IMG/VR virus record: IMGVR_UViG_3300029288_007102 | Location: 119,209 to 183,208 of that record | From: a virus | Lineage: Duplodnaviria; Caudoviricetes | Reading direction: 5' to 3' (one strand) | Length of the DNA: 64,000 nucleotides | Shown: piece by piece, positions 19,931-29,180 of the stretch | How positions within the stretch are numbered: the stretch's first letter is position 1 | Layout: every line of letters starts with the position of its first letter | Position numbers and translations under genes: made by a program | Notes under the pieces: generated by a model | Database searches by the model: none | What the model was told of the DNA's origin: nothing | Seen by the model: the letters and a program-made list of their open reading frames with translations, nothing else

Positions 19931-20970
19931 TTGCTATAACAGGAGATATTCAGGCAGAGAATTATCGGCAGTATTCTAAAATATTGCCGGATGGGATGAG
20001 CAGTCGTTTGGCTGACATCAAGAGTGTTTTACAGCAGATGTTGGATTATTGCATCCAGAACAAAGTCTCAGTGTTTGTTATCAATGGGGATATTTTTGAG
20101 TTCCGGGATAATATAGATGTGATGGTTTATCTGATGGTTTACCGGGCGTTAGAGTTGTTTAAGGCTGCAGGCATTCGGTTATATATTAATTTGGGGAATC
20201 ATGATATGTTGCAGGAGGGTGGAGATGATTTTGCTCTTTACCCCTTTTCTAACATAGCAGACGGGATAAATAAAACCTATGCGGCTTGTACGCTAACCTT
20301 GGGTGATGGGAAGGTGTTCACGATGGGTTTTGTGGCTTATTCGGATTCCCCGCAGACTTTAAGAGATAATATTCAAAAGATGGTAGATAAGAAGTGTGAT
20401 ATTTTATTTGCACATTGTGGGGTAGATGAGGCCAGGGTGGGGCCTAATGATTCTGTCGTAAAGGGGCAGTTGTCTGTTAGGGATCTCCAAGCTAACCATT
20501 TTGACCAGGTCTTTTTGGGACACTACCATTCACCTCAGCAGATCGCTAAGAATACTTGGTATGCCGGGTGCCCTTTACAATTGAATTGGGGGGATCGTGA
20601 TGATCACAGGGGTTTCTTGGTTTATGATACTGAGACAAAGCAGACTCAACTTATTCCTACAACCTTCCCTTGGTTTATTGACAGGGGCTTGGAAGATGTA
20701 GCCTCAATGGATCTGACTGGGCATTTTGTTAAGGTGAGAATTGCAAATGAGAATAAGTTGGAAATTTATAATAAAGTAATGGCGGCAGGAGCCCAATGGT
20801 GTACGGTTGTTTCAGGGGAGGCACAGAAAGTGGAGAAGAGGATGGATGTTGATATGTCTACAGATGAAAAGGATATGATTAAGGAGTATGTCAAGCATAT
20901 GCCTGCTCAAGATTTAGACAAGGATCTTTTATTAAGTTTGGGAATGGAGATTTATGGCGAAATTAAATAG
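19924..20970 (+). CDS. SbcD/Mre11-like nuclease (gp47-like)
   Basis: GDIQ, NGDIFE, GNHD, AH, GHYH metallophosphoesterase motifs. Confidence 0.88.
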   Translation: MLIAITGDIQAENYRQYSKILPDGMSSRLADIKSVLQQMLDYCIQNKVSVFVINGDIFEFRDNIDVMVYLMVYRALELFKAAGIRLYINLGNHDMLQEGGDDFALYPFSNIADGINKTYAACTLTLGDGKVFTMGFVAYSDSPQTLRDNIQKMVDKKCDILFAHCGVDEARVGPNDSVVKGQLSVRDLQANHFDQVFLGHYHSPQQIAKNTWYAGCPLQLNWGDRDDHRGFLVYDTETKQTQLIPTTFPWFIDRGLEDVASMDLTGHFVKVRIANENKLEIYNKVMAAGAQWCTVVSGEAQKVEKRMDVDMSTDEKDMIKEYVKHMPAQDLDKDLLLSLGMEIYGEIK

Positions 20971-22849
20971 GGTTGTTCTGCATAATTTTCAATGCTTTCC
21001 TGATGAAACTTTCCAACTAGATAACCAAGGGTTATCTTTGATTTATGGTTTTGACGAAACGGGGGATGCTAATGGGGTTGGCAAGTCGGCATTAGCGATT
21101 GACTCTATTACCTGGGTTATCTGGGGAGTAACCCCTAAAGGTATAGCCGGGGATGATGTTGTGATTGATCAAGGCTCTGGTAAAAATTGTTTTGTTGAAC
21201 TTGATTTTGAGCCAGACCCGGAGACTAAGGTTAAAGTTATAAGGTATCGGAAGCATCATGAGTTTAGGAACGGCTTACGGCTTTTTGTTAATGACCAGGA
21301 ACAGACGCAGATGACCCCTACGGAGACGGAGGCTCGGCTCCAGAAGTATATTGGTGTTTCATATGAGGCGTTTATTAATTCTGTCCTATTTAGCCCGGAG
21401 ATAACTAATCTTTTCTCTTCTTCTACTGATAAAGAGCGGAAGACTTTGATTGATTCGATCTTGGGTTATGAGTGGGCGGACCAGGCATTAGAGGTGGCTA
21501 GGAAGCGTTTGAAACAGGTTGATGGTGAGGCGGATGGTCTGGCACTTAAAAAGGCGGAGTTAAACAGTAAGTTGGAAGTTTTGTCCAGACAGAAGAAGGA
21601 GGCGGAAGAGGGGCAAGCTAATTTTGAGACAGAAAAGGAAGAAAAGATAAAAAAGTTTGAGGAGAATATCAAGAAACTTAAAGAGCAATTGAAGGATGTA
21701 GATGAGGCTCCGTTAAAGAAAAAATTGGAAGAAGCAAATACTGAGCTGGAGAGTATAGTAAAAACTGAGAAGTCGGCAGCTGAGACCCAGCAGGCGTTGC
21801 AGGGGTTGGAAGGAAGAATTATTGAGTTGGAGACGGCCAAGCAGTTGGCCGAGGAACAGATACAGCTGGCCAGGGAGAACATAAAACTTATTCAAAATAA
21901 CGAGGGTGGGTCTTGTCCTCTGTGTGTTAGAAAAATTACCAAGACTGAAGCACCAAAAATGATACAGCATTATGGGGGGGAGGAAGATAAGCTTAAGGAA
22001 AAAGTAAGACTTATTGATGGCGATTTATATAAGTGTTGTAATTTGCGGGATGAGCTTATGGATGTCCTGGAAGAAGATCGGAAAAAGATTAATAGACGTT
22101 TGGGTGTATTAAACGATAAGGATAGAGTGGTCGCTCAGATTCACGGGTTGGAAACGAAGACCTCTGAGATCAATTTGGCTATTTCTATGTCAGAGGCAAT
22201 GACGAAAGACGCCTTAGCAGAAAAGTCTCCGTATAAGGATATGTTAGAGCGGGTAATAAAAGAAGAGGGTGAGGTTGAGAAAAAGATTGAAGAGGCTCAA
22301 GGAGAATTTGATACTCTTAATATTATGAGAAAACATTTAGAGTTCTGGGAGTATGGCTTCGGCCAGGCGGGGATAAAGACTTTTATCTTGGATAGTGTTC
22401 TTCCTATACTAAATGATCGGGTCAAGTATTATTCTGAGATCTTGACGGATCAGGCTATTGAGGTTAAGTTCTCGGCTCAATCTCTCTTGAAGTCGGGGGA
22501 AGTACGGGAGAAAATAGATCTATCAATAGACAATACCCGGGGGGCCAGTAAGTACAAGGGAAATTCTACTGGGGAGAAGAGGAAGATAGATATTTGTATT
22601 ATGCTTGCCTTACATGATCTTATCAAGATGCGACATAGTGTGAATTTCAATGTGGCATTCTACGATGAGGTGTTTGCCTTCCTCTCGGCTTCTAGTATAC
22701 AGAAGGTGATGACTTTACTTAGGGAAGAGGCTAGGACCAAAGATTCTGTGTTTGTGATTAGCCACGATGACAAGTTGAAATCTAGTTTTGACCGGGTGAT
22801 TATGATTAAGAAAGAAGGAAAGACATCTAAGGTTGTAAAGGATTCTTAA
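20954..22849 (+). CDS. SbcC/Rad50-like ATPase (gp46-like)
   Basis: NGVGKS, coiled coil, CPLC Zn hook, STGEKRK signature, YDEVF, ISH. Confidence 0.92.
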   Translation: MAKLNRVVLHNFQCFPDETFQLDNQGLSLIYGFDETGDANGVGKSALAIDSITWVIWGVTPKGIAGDDVVIDQGSGKNCFVELDFEPDPETKVKVIRYRKHHEFRNGLRLFVNDQEQTQMTPTETEARLQKYIGVSYEAFINSVLFSPEITNLFSSSTDKERKTLIDSILGYEWADQALEVARKRLKQVDGEADGLALKKAELNSKLEVLSRQKKEAEEGQANFETEKEEKIKKFEENIKKLKEQLKDVDEAPLKKKLEEANTELESIVKTEKSAAETQQALQGLEGRIIELETAKQLAEEQIQLARENIKLIQNNEGGSCPLCVRKITKTEAPKMIQHYGGEEDKLKEKVRLIDGDLYKCCNLRDELMDVLEEDRKKINRRLGVLNDKDRVVAQIHGLETKTSEINLAISMSEAMTKDALAEKSPYKDMLERVIKEEGEVEKKIEEAQGEFDTLNIMRKHLEFWEYGFGQAGIKTFILDSVLPILNDRVKYYSEILTDQAIEVKFSAQSLLKSGEVREKIDLSIDNTRGASKYKGNSTGEKRKIDICIMLALHDLIKMRHSVNFNVAFYDEVFAFLSASSIQKVMTLLREEARTKDSVFVISHDDKLKSSFDRVIMIKKEGKTSKVVKDS

Positions 22850-23593
22850 AATGAGAGTGAAGTTCTTTATGGATGTCGTTCTTCCTTTTGGTGATGGAAT
22901 AGTCAGGAAAGGTTGGACTGCGGAGAAGTATACGAATAGGCATACTGGTATTAGTTATATAACAATAGATAAAAGGTATGAGAAATTTTTAAGGTTATAT
23001 CTTTTATTTGGGAAGAAATATTTTATGAAAATAGTCCCTATATATGATGAGTCGTTCTTTAGTGGAACTTATAAAAGATATATAAAGGAGGATTGATGCA
23101 GATTTATTTTGATTCAAAGAAGGCAGTAAGAGGTTTCCGAGAGTGGATAGCTTGGAAGCTGGTAAACCTGGCTAAGTTTATTTATCCGCAATCGGAAGAT
23201 GTAATGTCTTTCCATGTGAGTATGCTGTATGATTATATTATGTACGGGCAGGTGGCTGTACGGGTGAGTCCGGACGAGATTGTTCGGATTTCCGCAGAAA
23301 GGGGTTGGGGATGCTCAAAAAAGAGTTGATTAAATTGTGTCCAATTTGTAAAAAGTATTATTATGCAGATAAGCCTCATGCCGTTAAGTCGGGAGAGCAT
23401 TGTCAGAAGGCAATGGAAGAATTCCGTAAACAGAATAATATTCCTTCTTATGAGGTTTGGGATATGACGGTGAATACTGAGTTGGGTATATTTGTTCCTC
23501 AATATAATGCGGAAGAGACGGTGCGGAATTTTATGAGGGTAATGTATGATAAGGTAGAATATCCTTTAGTTCGATGGGAGTTGGGGGGTAAAA

Positions 23594-24103
23594 ATGATTA
23601 GGTGGGTAGGAATTGATAACGGGGTTTCCGGAAGTGTAGCGATATTGGATGATGAGGGGGATTGCCAGTATTATCCTACTCCAATAAAAAATGAGCTTAA
23701 TTATACCAAAACAAAACAGTGGGTGCATCGGGTAGATGTTGTAAAATTGTTGGAGATATTTGAGCCATTAAAGGGTGGTAATGTCATCATCTTGCTAGAA
23801 AGGCCAATGGTTAATCCTGGGAGATTTAAAGCTACAACTTCGGCTTTAAGGGCGTTAGAGGCGACTTTGATCGCTATTGAGTTCTCTGGGTTGTCATTTG
23901 CTTATTGTGACAGCAAAGAGTGGCAGAAGGTGATGCTTCCGGCTGGGCTTGAGAAAGAAGAGTTGAAGAAGGCCAGCTTAGATGTGGCTAAGAGATATTT
24001 CCCTAATATTAAATTAAAGAAAGATGGAGATAGTCTTTTGATCGCTATGTATGCTAAACAAAAATTCCAAGGGAAGGCCTCTGATGATCAAAAGAAAAGC
24101 TAA
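23594..24103 (+). CDS. RuvC-like Holliday junction resolvase
   Basis: VGIDNGVSG, LERP, KEWQK..K..S, DGDSLLIA. Confidence 0.75.
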   Translation: MIRWVGIDNGVSGSVAILDDEGDCQYYPTPIKNELNYTKTKQWVHRVDVVKLLEIFEPLKGGNVIILLERPMVNPGRFKATTSALRALEATLIAIEFSGLSFAYCDSKEWQKVMLPAGLEKEELKKASLDVAKRYFPNIKLKKDGDSLLIAMYAKQKFQGKASDDQKKS

Positions 24104-24337
24104 AAAAAAAGATAGGTTGCCGGATTTGATAAGGGCGTATGATTTTTTTTTAAGTAATAGGTATAGGGCGTTGGGGAAATTACAAAAAAGTAAGAATGAG
24201 AGTTGTAAGGAATATTTTAGTAAGTATGGATGTATATTGACAGGGTGTAAAAAATGTTGTATGTCTTGTGGGCAGTTTTCTTGTATTCGTTGGGACAATT
24301 GTTTATATTTTGATCAGGTTTTGACGAGGAGGTAAGG

Positions 24338-24607
24338 ATGGCGGAGAAAATTAGGGCGAACGTAGTTTGTCCAAAATGTAAGACTTGTTGGGGGACACTT
24401 AAATTTTCTTTTGATTCTATCTTGACAACGGAGGATATTAGTGTTAAACCTAAATATAAGGAGAGGGTGCGTTTGGTCAATAATGAACTTATTTGCCCGG
24501 TCTGCGAATATCAATTTAGAATCTTTGATGTTTGGGAAATGATAGCCAAGCAGCTCCCTCAAATAGAAAAGACAATATCTATTCCTACCAAAAAAAAGAG
24601 GAGGTAG
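24338..24607 (+). CDS. zinc-ribbon protein
   Basis: CPKC ... CPVC. Confidence 0.55.
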   Translation: MAEKIRANVVCPKCKTCWGTLKFSFDSILTTEDISVKPKYKERVRLVNNELICPVCEYQFRIFDVWEMIAKQLPQIEKTISIPTKKKRR

Positions 24608-24611
24608 ATAG

Positions 24612-25157
24612 ATGCTACTTTGTGGGACATTGGATACACAACAGGCTGAAAGATTTTCTAAGTTTAATACATGTGTGGTTAGAGGTCTGTCTCTCCAGCA
24701 AAAACCGATAATAGATAGGTATGCGGAAGGTAAGATAGATGTATGGATGCCTGCGGTAAATATGATTGTAAGATGCAGGGGGAATACAGACAAAACACAA
24801 ATCAAACTTAAGTCTTTATTTTATGACTATGGTTTTGTCTTATATGAGACGGATGAAATAAAAAAAGATTTATATGAGCTTTTTGGAAATCTGTTACATT
24901 GTCAGATGTTAAAGGGGTTTTGTTTTTTAGAGAAAGGGCAGATTTCTCAAATTAATGAGGCCATTTATAAGTTGGAAGGAAAACCAAAGGTATATTTTGA
25001 GGTTGGGGATTTGGTGAATGTGAAGAAGGGGCCTTGGTCTCATTTGACAGGGAAGGTGATTGAGGTGGGGGGAGATAAAGTGAAGGTGGGTATATTTGCT
25101 ATGGGTAGAGTAACCCCTATAGGTTTTAGTATGGAAATGATAGAGAGGGCGATATGA
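24612..25157 (+). CDS. NusG/RfaH-like transcription factor
   Basis: VWMP...LFYDYGFV (NGN-like); FEVGDLVNVKKGPWSHLTGKVIEV...FAMGRVTP (KOW). Confidence 0.75.
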   Translation: MLLCGTLDTQQAERFSKFNTCVVRGLSLQQKPIIDRYAEGKIDVWMPAVNMIVRCRGNTDKTQIKLKSLFYDYGFVLYETDEIKKDLYELFGNLLHCQMLKGFCFLEKGQISQINEAIYKLEGKPKVYFEVGDLVNVKKGPWSHLTGKVIEVGGDKVKVGIFAMGRVTPIGFSMEMIERAI

Positions 25158-25315
25158 GCAACTTATATCTTAATATCCGGTTTGGGAATTATCATTTCCA
25201 GGTTGGGGATCCGCATTGGTATAGTATCCGCTGGGTGTTTAATGGGGTTCATATAAAGAACCTTAAAAGGTTTGAGATATATCAATTTTTTAATTTAGTT
25301 TAGGGGGGGGGGGCA

Positions 25316-25753
25316 ATGATTACAGATAACCCGGAGTTTTTGGAAAAGAAGGTGAAAGAGGATATTGTTAAATGGTGGGGAAAACCATTAGATGATGAGT
25401 CCTTCCCTTTTCATCTTTCTTTTATATATCATCCAACTGAGGTGCCGTTGTCGGAGATTTACTCGGATGATTCTTCTTTATGGAAACAATGGGGGTTAGT
25501 TAAAGTTTGGGCGAAGCTGAAAAATAAAATCCCAATGTTGATAATTTATAACTGTGAGGGTCCTATTGTTTATTTCTGTTTTACTTATAATGATGAGATC
25601 GCAACAGTGGCCGGAGAACACTTCCCAAAATTTGTGGCATATAGTTTGGTGATGAAGGGGATGCCAAATTTGTGCTCTGTGTTTTTGTTATATGATCTGT
25701 TGGCTTTAGATAAAAAACTATTTGAGGGGTTGAAGCCTCACGAAAGGGAATAA
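25316..25753 (+). CDS. hypothetical protein
   Basis: 145-aa ORF preceded by a G11 run. Confidence 0.55.
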   Translation: MITDNPEFLEKKVKEDIVKWWGKPLDDESFPFHLSFIYHPTEVPLSEIYSDDSSLWKQWGLVKVWAKLKNKIPMLIIYNCEGPIVYFCFTYNDEIATVAGEHFPKFVAYSLVMKGMPNLCSVFLLYDLLALDKKLFEGLKPHERE

Positions 25754-25946
25754 AAATGACAGAAGGGAAAATTGAAGTCTATTATGAGTTTATAGATGGT
25801 TCGCCAATGGTGCCGAAAGATAATTCGGACTGGGCTAAGATTAATAAAGAGGTTATGGATATAGCTAAAGCTATGCAGAGTACAGGGATAAAAAAAATGG
25901 AATTGAAGGTGCCTGGTGTAGAAAAGGTTCTTGAGGACAAGAAACC

Positions 25947-26510
25947 GTGAAGATAAAAACTTTAAAAAATTGGATAAGGATCAGGACGGTTATAAATGGT
26001 TTGGCCTTTGTTTTTTTGGTGTGTGTTGGTATGGTTATGGTTGATGCGGCACTTGTTGCCAAACAGACATTAAAGAAGATTGCATTGGAGATAACCTTTA
26101 TTGGACCAGAAAATCTGGAATATTTAGGGGAATATGATACTACGGCTTATTCTGATCGCTTTAAAGAGACGACGGGTAAGCCTTCTATAGAAATTATTGA
26201 ACAGACAGGTAAGGGGGAAAAGAAGACGATTCTTCGGGAACGGAGTGATGAGAGATTGTTTACGGCAAGTGGCCTTCCGGTTGATGAGGAAACGATAGCT
26301 GTCAGTAGAGATATGTTAAGATCTGGGGAGTTTTATTATGGGGAGAAGTTGTGGGTGCCACAATTACACAAAAGTTTTACGGTAAAAGATAAGATGGGAT
26401 TAGATAAATATGGGAGAGAGATAGCCCGGCGGTTGGATGTTTTTTCTTTTAATAGAAAATATGTAGATAGTTTTGGGTTGAAAAAATTAAAAATATATAA
26501 AATAAGATGA
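25947..26510 (+). CDS. membrane-anchored 3D-domain (lytic transglycosylase-like) protein
   Basis: TM helix; TTAYS, TASG, IAVSRD, VKDKMG, RLDVF. Confidence 0.75.
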   Translation: MKIKTLKNWIRIRTVINGLAFVFLVCVGMVMVDAALVAKQTLKKIALEITFIGPENLEYLGEYDTTAYSDRFKETTGKPSIEIIEQTGKGEKKTILRERSDERLFTASGLPVDEETIAVSRDMLRSGEFYYGEKLWVPQLHKSFTVKDKMGLDKYGREIARRLDVFSFNRKYVDSFGLKKLKIYKIR

Positions 26511-26535
26511 GAGATGTTATTTTTAAATAATTTGC

Positions 26536-26564
26536 TTGACAAGGAGATGGTTGTATAGTAGTAT
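26536..26564 (+). promoter_or_regulatory. sigma70-type promoter driving the hairpin array
   Basis: TTGACA (26536-41), 17 nt spacer, TAGTAT (26559-64). Confidence 0.75.
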
Positions 26565-26591
26565 AGTTGTATCAAAGATAAACAAAAGTTT

Positions 26592-26931
26592 AGGCATCGG
26601 TGGTTCCTATTATATCGTGGAATCAGCCCTTCGGGGCTGAGCAAATTACCACCCGCCTTTTTTTTATAATGATGGGCACAAGGGGTTCCTAACAAAAAAA
26701 AGACTAACACTCTTCCTAATACCCCTCGCTCTATAATATTTGGGCATAAGCGGTTCCTAACATAAAATCCCGTTAAGATTCTACTGCTCGCCCTACTAAT
26801 TAAAAGGCATAAGCCGTTCCTAACAATTTCAATTGGTGAAAATATACGGCTCGCCTTCTATTAAAAGGCATATAGAGGTTCCTAACAAAAATCAAGCCCT
26901 TCGGGGCACCTGCGATAATACCTCTCGCCTT
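26592..26931 (+). ncRNA. array of five structurally conserved hairpin RNAs
   Basis: Units 26592-658, 26674-731, 26742-793, 26804-857, 26865-931; consensus GGC-A(2-3 nt)-RGNNGT-TCCTA(AC)-variable-T-ACNNCY-C-GCY with compensatory changes. Confidence 0.8.
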
Positions 26932-26956
26932 ATTTTGAATGAAAAGGAGAATGAAA

Positions 26957-28879
26957 ATGGAATCCACGATCAGACTGTTCAAAGCTTTACCTATCACTAA
27001 GAAGGGGAAAAAGACTAACAAATCCTTATTGACGCAAACTGTCAAGAAGGGTTTTATTTTTGCCCCAGAGGTTGTCGCTAATTATAGTGAAGCGGAATTG
27101 CAGACTCTCGTTAAGGTAGTAGAGGAAAACCTTGGGCTGTCTGCAGACAAGATGAATAATGCGTTTCATAAGTCCTGGGGGAAAGTGGCGACAGCCAGCA
27201 TAGAGCAGCTAGTTGCCGAACAGATCGTGCATTATATGACTACCTATGGTTTTGAACGCTTGGGTATATATAATAAGGATACAGTATATATCCCTACTGA
27301 GAAGTTGAAGATCCCCAAGATAGATGTAGAAAAATTCCCCTTGATGGTTGTTAAGGGGTATACCAAAGTGGAGCTGAAATATAAGCTGATTGTTCTTTTG
27401 AGTTCCGGGGTTGCCCTGAAAGAAGATACCAAGAGGGATGTCGTTGATGTAGCATTGTTTATTGGGCTGACAGAGTATGATATTTCCTTGATCAGGAACA
27501 AGGAAGTTAGGGTGGCCTTGTTTGATTACCTTGGGATGATCCCAGATAATCCTATTGAGTTTCTGCGGTTTATGGTTTATAAATCTATCAATAAAACTCT
27601 GTTGATCAAAGACAGGGCAACCATTGCTGAGATAAAGATGAAGGACAATCTGGCGGCTCTTCGGTTGCTTGAGCAGTACCGGGAGAAATATGGCCTGAGT
27701 AGATTGGCGGAGATCTTCTATCGGTTTAAACCTTTGTTCCTGGCTTTTAGGTCTAACAAGAGTTTGAAGGTTATTATTAATAAGGTAAGGAAGCTTGCCC
27801 TAACTAACCATAAACCTATGGTGGAAGATTACTTGAATACCATTACTGCTTTGATCAAAAGAGGTGAGGAGATCGATAAGGCTAAATTAAAATCTGAACT
27901 GAAAAGGGTAAACACTTTTAGGAAGATTCGTCTGGCTTACGCCTTGAACTTCCGGCTGACCGATGCAGGTTCCATTTTGTATAGGGTGAGGAACGGGAAG
28001 AGTTTTGCTACTGGGTTTAAGTTCGACGGGCAGAAAGAGGCAAAAGGTATTTTGAAGATTGTTCTTAAATCCATTGCCAAGGACATTGCAGAGAATGTGG
28101 CGGGGAAGAAGGTTTATCTCCCCTCTAATATACAGTATGCTTTACCTGCGACAGAGAAGCAGTTTACTGGATATTTTCCTAGTGGCTCTTATGTGTCTGT
28201 CCCTAAGGACATGATTTTTGGAGTACATTGGACGAATGTTGGTGATAGTAAAGGACTGTATAGTGATGGCCGGGTTGACCTAGATCTGTCTTTGATTTCG
28301 GTAGATGGGAAATTTGGTTGGGATAGATCCTACCGAAATGAAGAAGGCAGTATTTTATTCTCCGGAGATATGACTGACGCTCCTAAACCTAATGGGGCGA
28401 CGGAGCTTTTTTATGTAAAGCGGCAAGAGAAAATGGCTGCCATTCTAATGGTGAACTTCTTCAATGGTGGGGATTTTAGTGAAAACAAACAAGATGTCCC
28501 TTTTGATATTATCGTAGCGAAGGAACAGGCTAAAAACTTTAAGCAAAATTATATGGTTGATCCTAACAATGTGGTGGCCATTTCTAAGTCTGGCATTAAG
28601 GCTCAGCAGAAAGTATTGGGGTTGTTAGTGTCTACCCCCGAGGAAAGTAGATTTTACTTCGCAGAGTCTTATCTTGGCAAAGGGATAACTTCCAGGGAAA
28701 CGGAATACGTTGCGGCTACTCGGCAATATTTCTCTGATTTCTATAAGAACCCCATTAGTTTGAATGAAATCTTGGAAGAGGCTGGGGTTAAATTTGTAAA
28801 AGACCCGGAGAAAGCGGATATTGACCTCTCTCCTGAGAAGTTGGAGAAGGATACTATTTTGTCGCTGTTGGCGGCATAA
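26957..28879 (+). CDS. large helical protein with C-terminal TerD-like domain (possible Ro/TROVE-like RNA-binding scaffold)
   Basis: ~400-aa basic helical region then FGVHW..RVDLDLS..FSGDMTDAP..GATE; ATG 26957 follows AGGAG (track start 26939). Confidence 0.55.
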   Translation: MESTIRLFKALPITKKGKKTNKSLLTQTVKKGFIFAPEVVANYSEAELQTLVKVVEENLGLSADKMNNAFHKSWGKVATASIEQLVAEQIVHYMTTYGFERLGIYNKDTVYIPTEKLKIPKIDVEKFPLMVVKGYTKVELKYKLIVLLSSGVALKEDTKRDVVDVALFIGLTEYDISLIRNKEVRVALFDYLGMIPDNPIEFLRFMVYKSINKTLLIKDRATIAEIKMKDNLAALRLLEQYREKYGLSRLAEIFYRFKPLFLAFRSNKSLKVIINKVRKLALTNHKPMVEDYLNTITALIKRGEEIDKAKLKSELKRVNTFRKIRLAYALNFRLTDAGSILYRVRNGKSFATGFKFDGQKEAKGILKIVLKSIAKDIAENVAGKKVYLPSNIQYALPATEKQFTGYFPSGSYVSVPKDMIFGVHWTNVGDSKGLYSDGRVDLDLSLISVDGKFGWDRSYRNEEGSILFSGDMTDAPKPNGATELFYVKRQEKMAAILMVNFFNGGDFSENKQDVPFDIIVAKEQAKNFKQNYMVDPNNVVAISKSGIKAQQKVLGLLVSTPEESRFYFAESYLGKGITSRETEYVAATRQYFSDFYKNPISLNEILEEAGVKFVKDPEKADIDLSPEKLEKDTILSLLAA

Positions 28880-29156
28880 CAAGTCCAAGGCACCGTACAT
28901 CCACTTAAACGTGAGGTGGGTAGGTGATAATACAGCTAAAAAGAGGCGTTGATCCTAAGCCAAACAGTGCTGAGAGGGTTGGTAAGGGGAGTCTCTCCTT
29001 GTGACATTTAAAAGAATTGCTCCCGCCAGGGGATTGCTTCCCGGGACGCTTATCGGAGGAGGCCTGGAGAACGATAAGACCTGACTTGCTCGGGACAGAT
29101 GCGAGAAGCATAGCAGACATTAGCAAGTGGCTTGACGAGCCCGGAGAGACGGGCAC
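28880..29156 (+). ncRNA. putative ~275-nt structured ncRNA
   Basis: GC-rich intergenic region closed by CAAGTC/GGCTTG, several helices and a 3' hairpin GCCCG-GAGAGA-CGGGC. Confidence 0.55.
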
Positions 29157-29180
29157 TTAGAAATAAGGGGAAGAAGAGAG

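Noticed and set aside
25303-25313. G11 tract as a phase-variation switch
   Set aside because: G-runs are common in this genome's RBS regions and homopolymer length is unreliable without reads
26592-26931. CRISPR array or tandem terminators
   Set aside because: Conservation is structural with split motifs flanking the variable part; no cas genes adjacent; only unit 1 has a long U-tract
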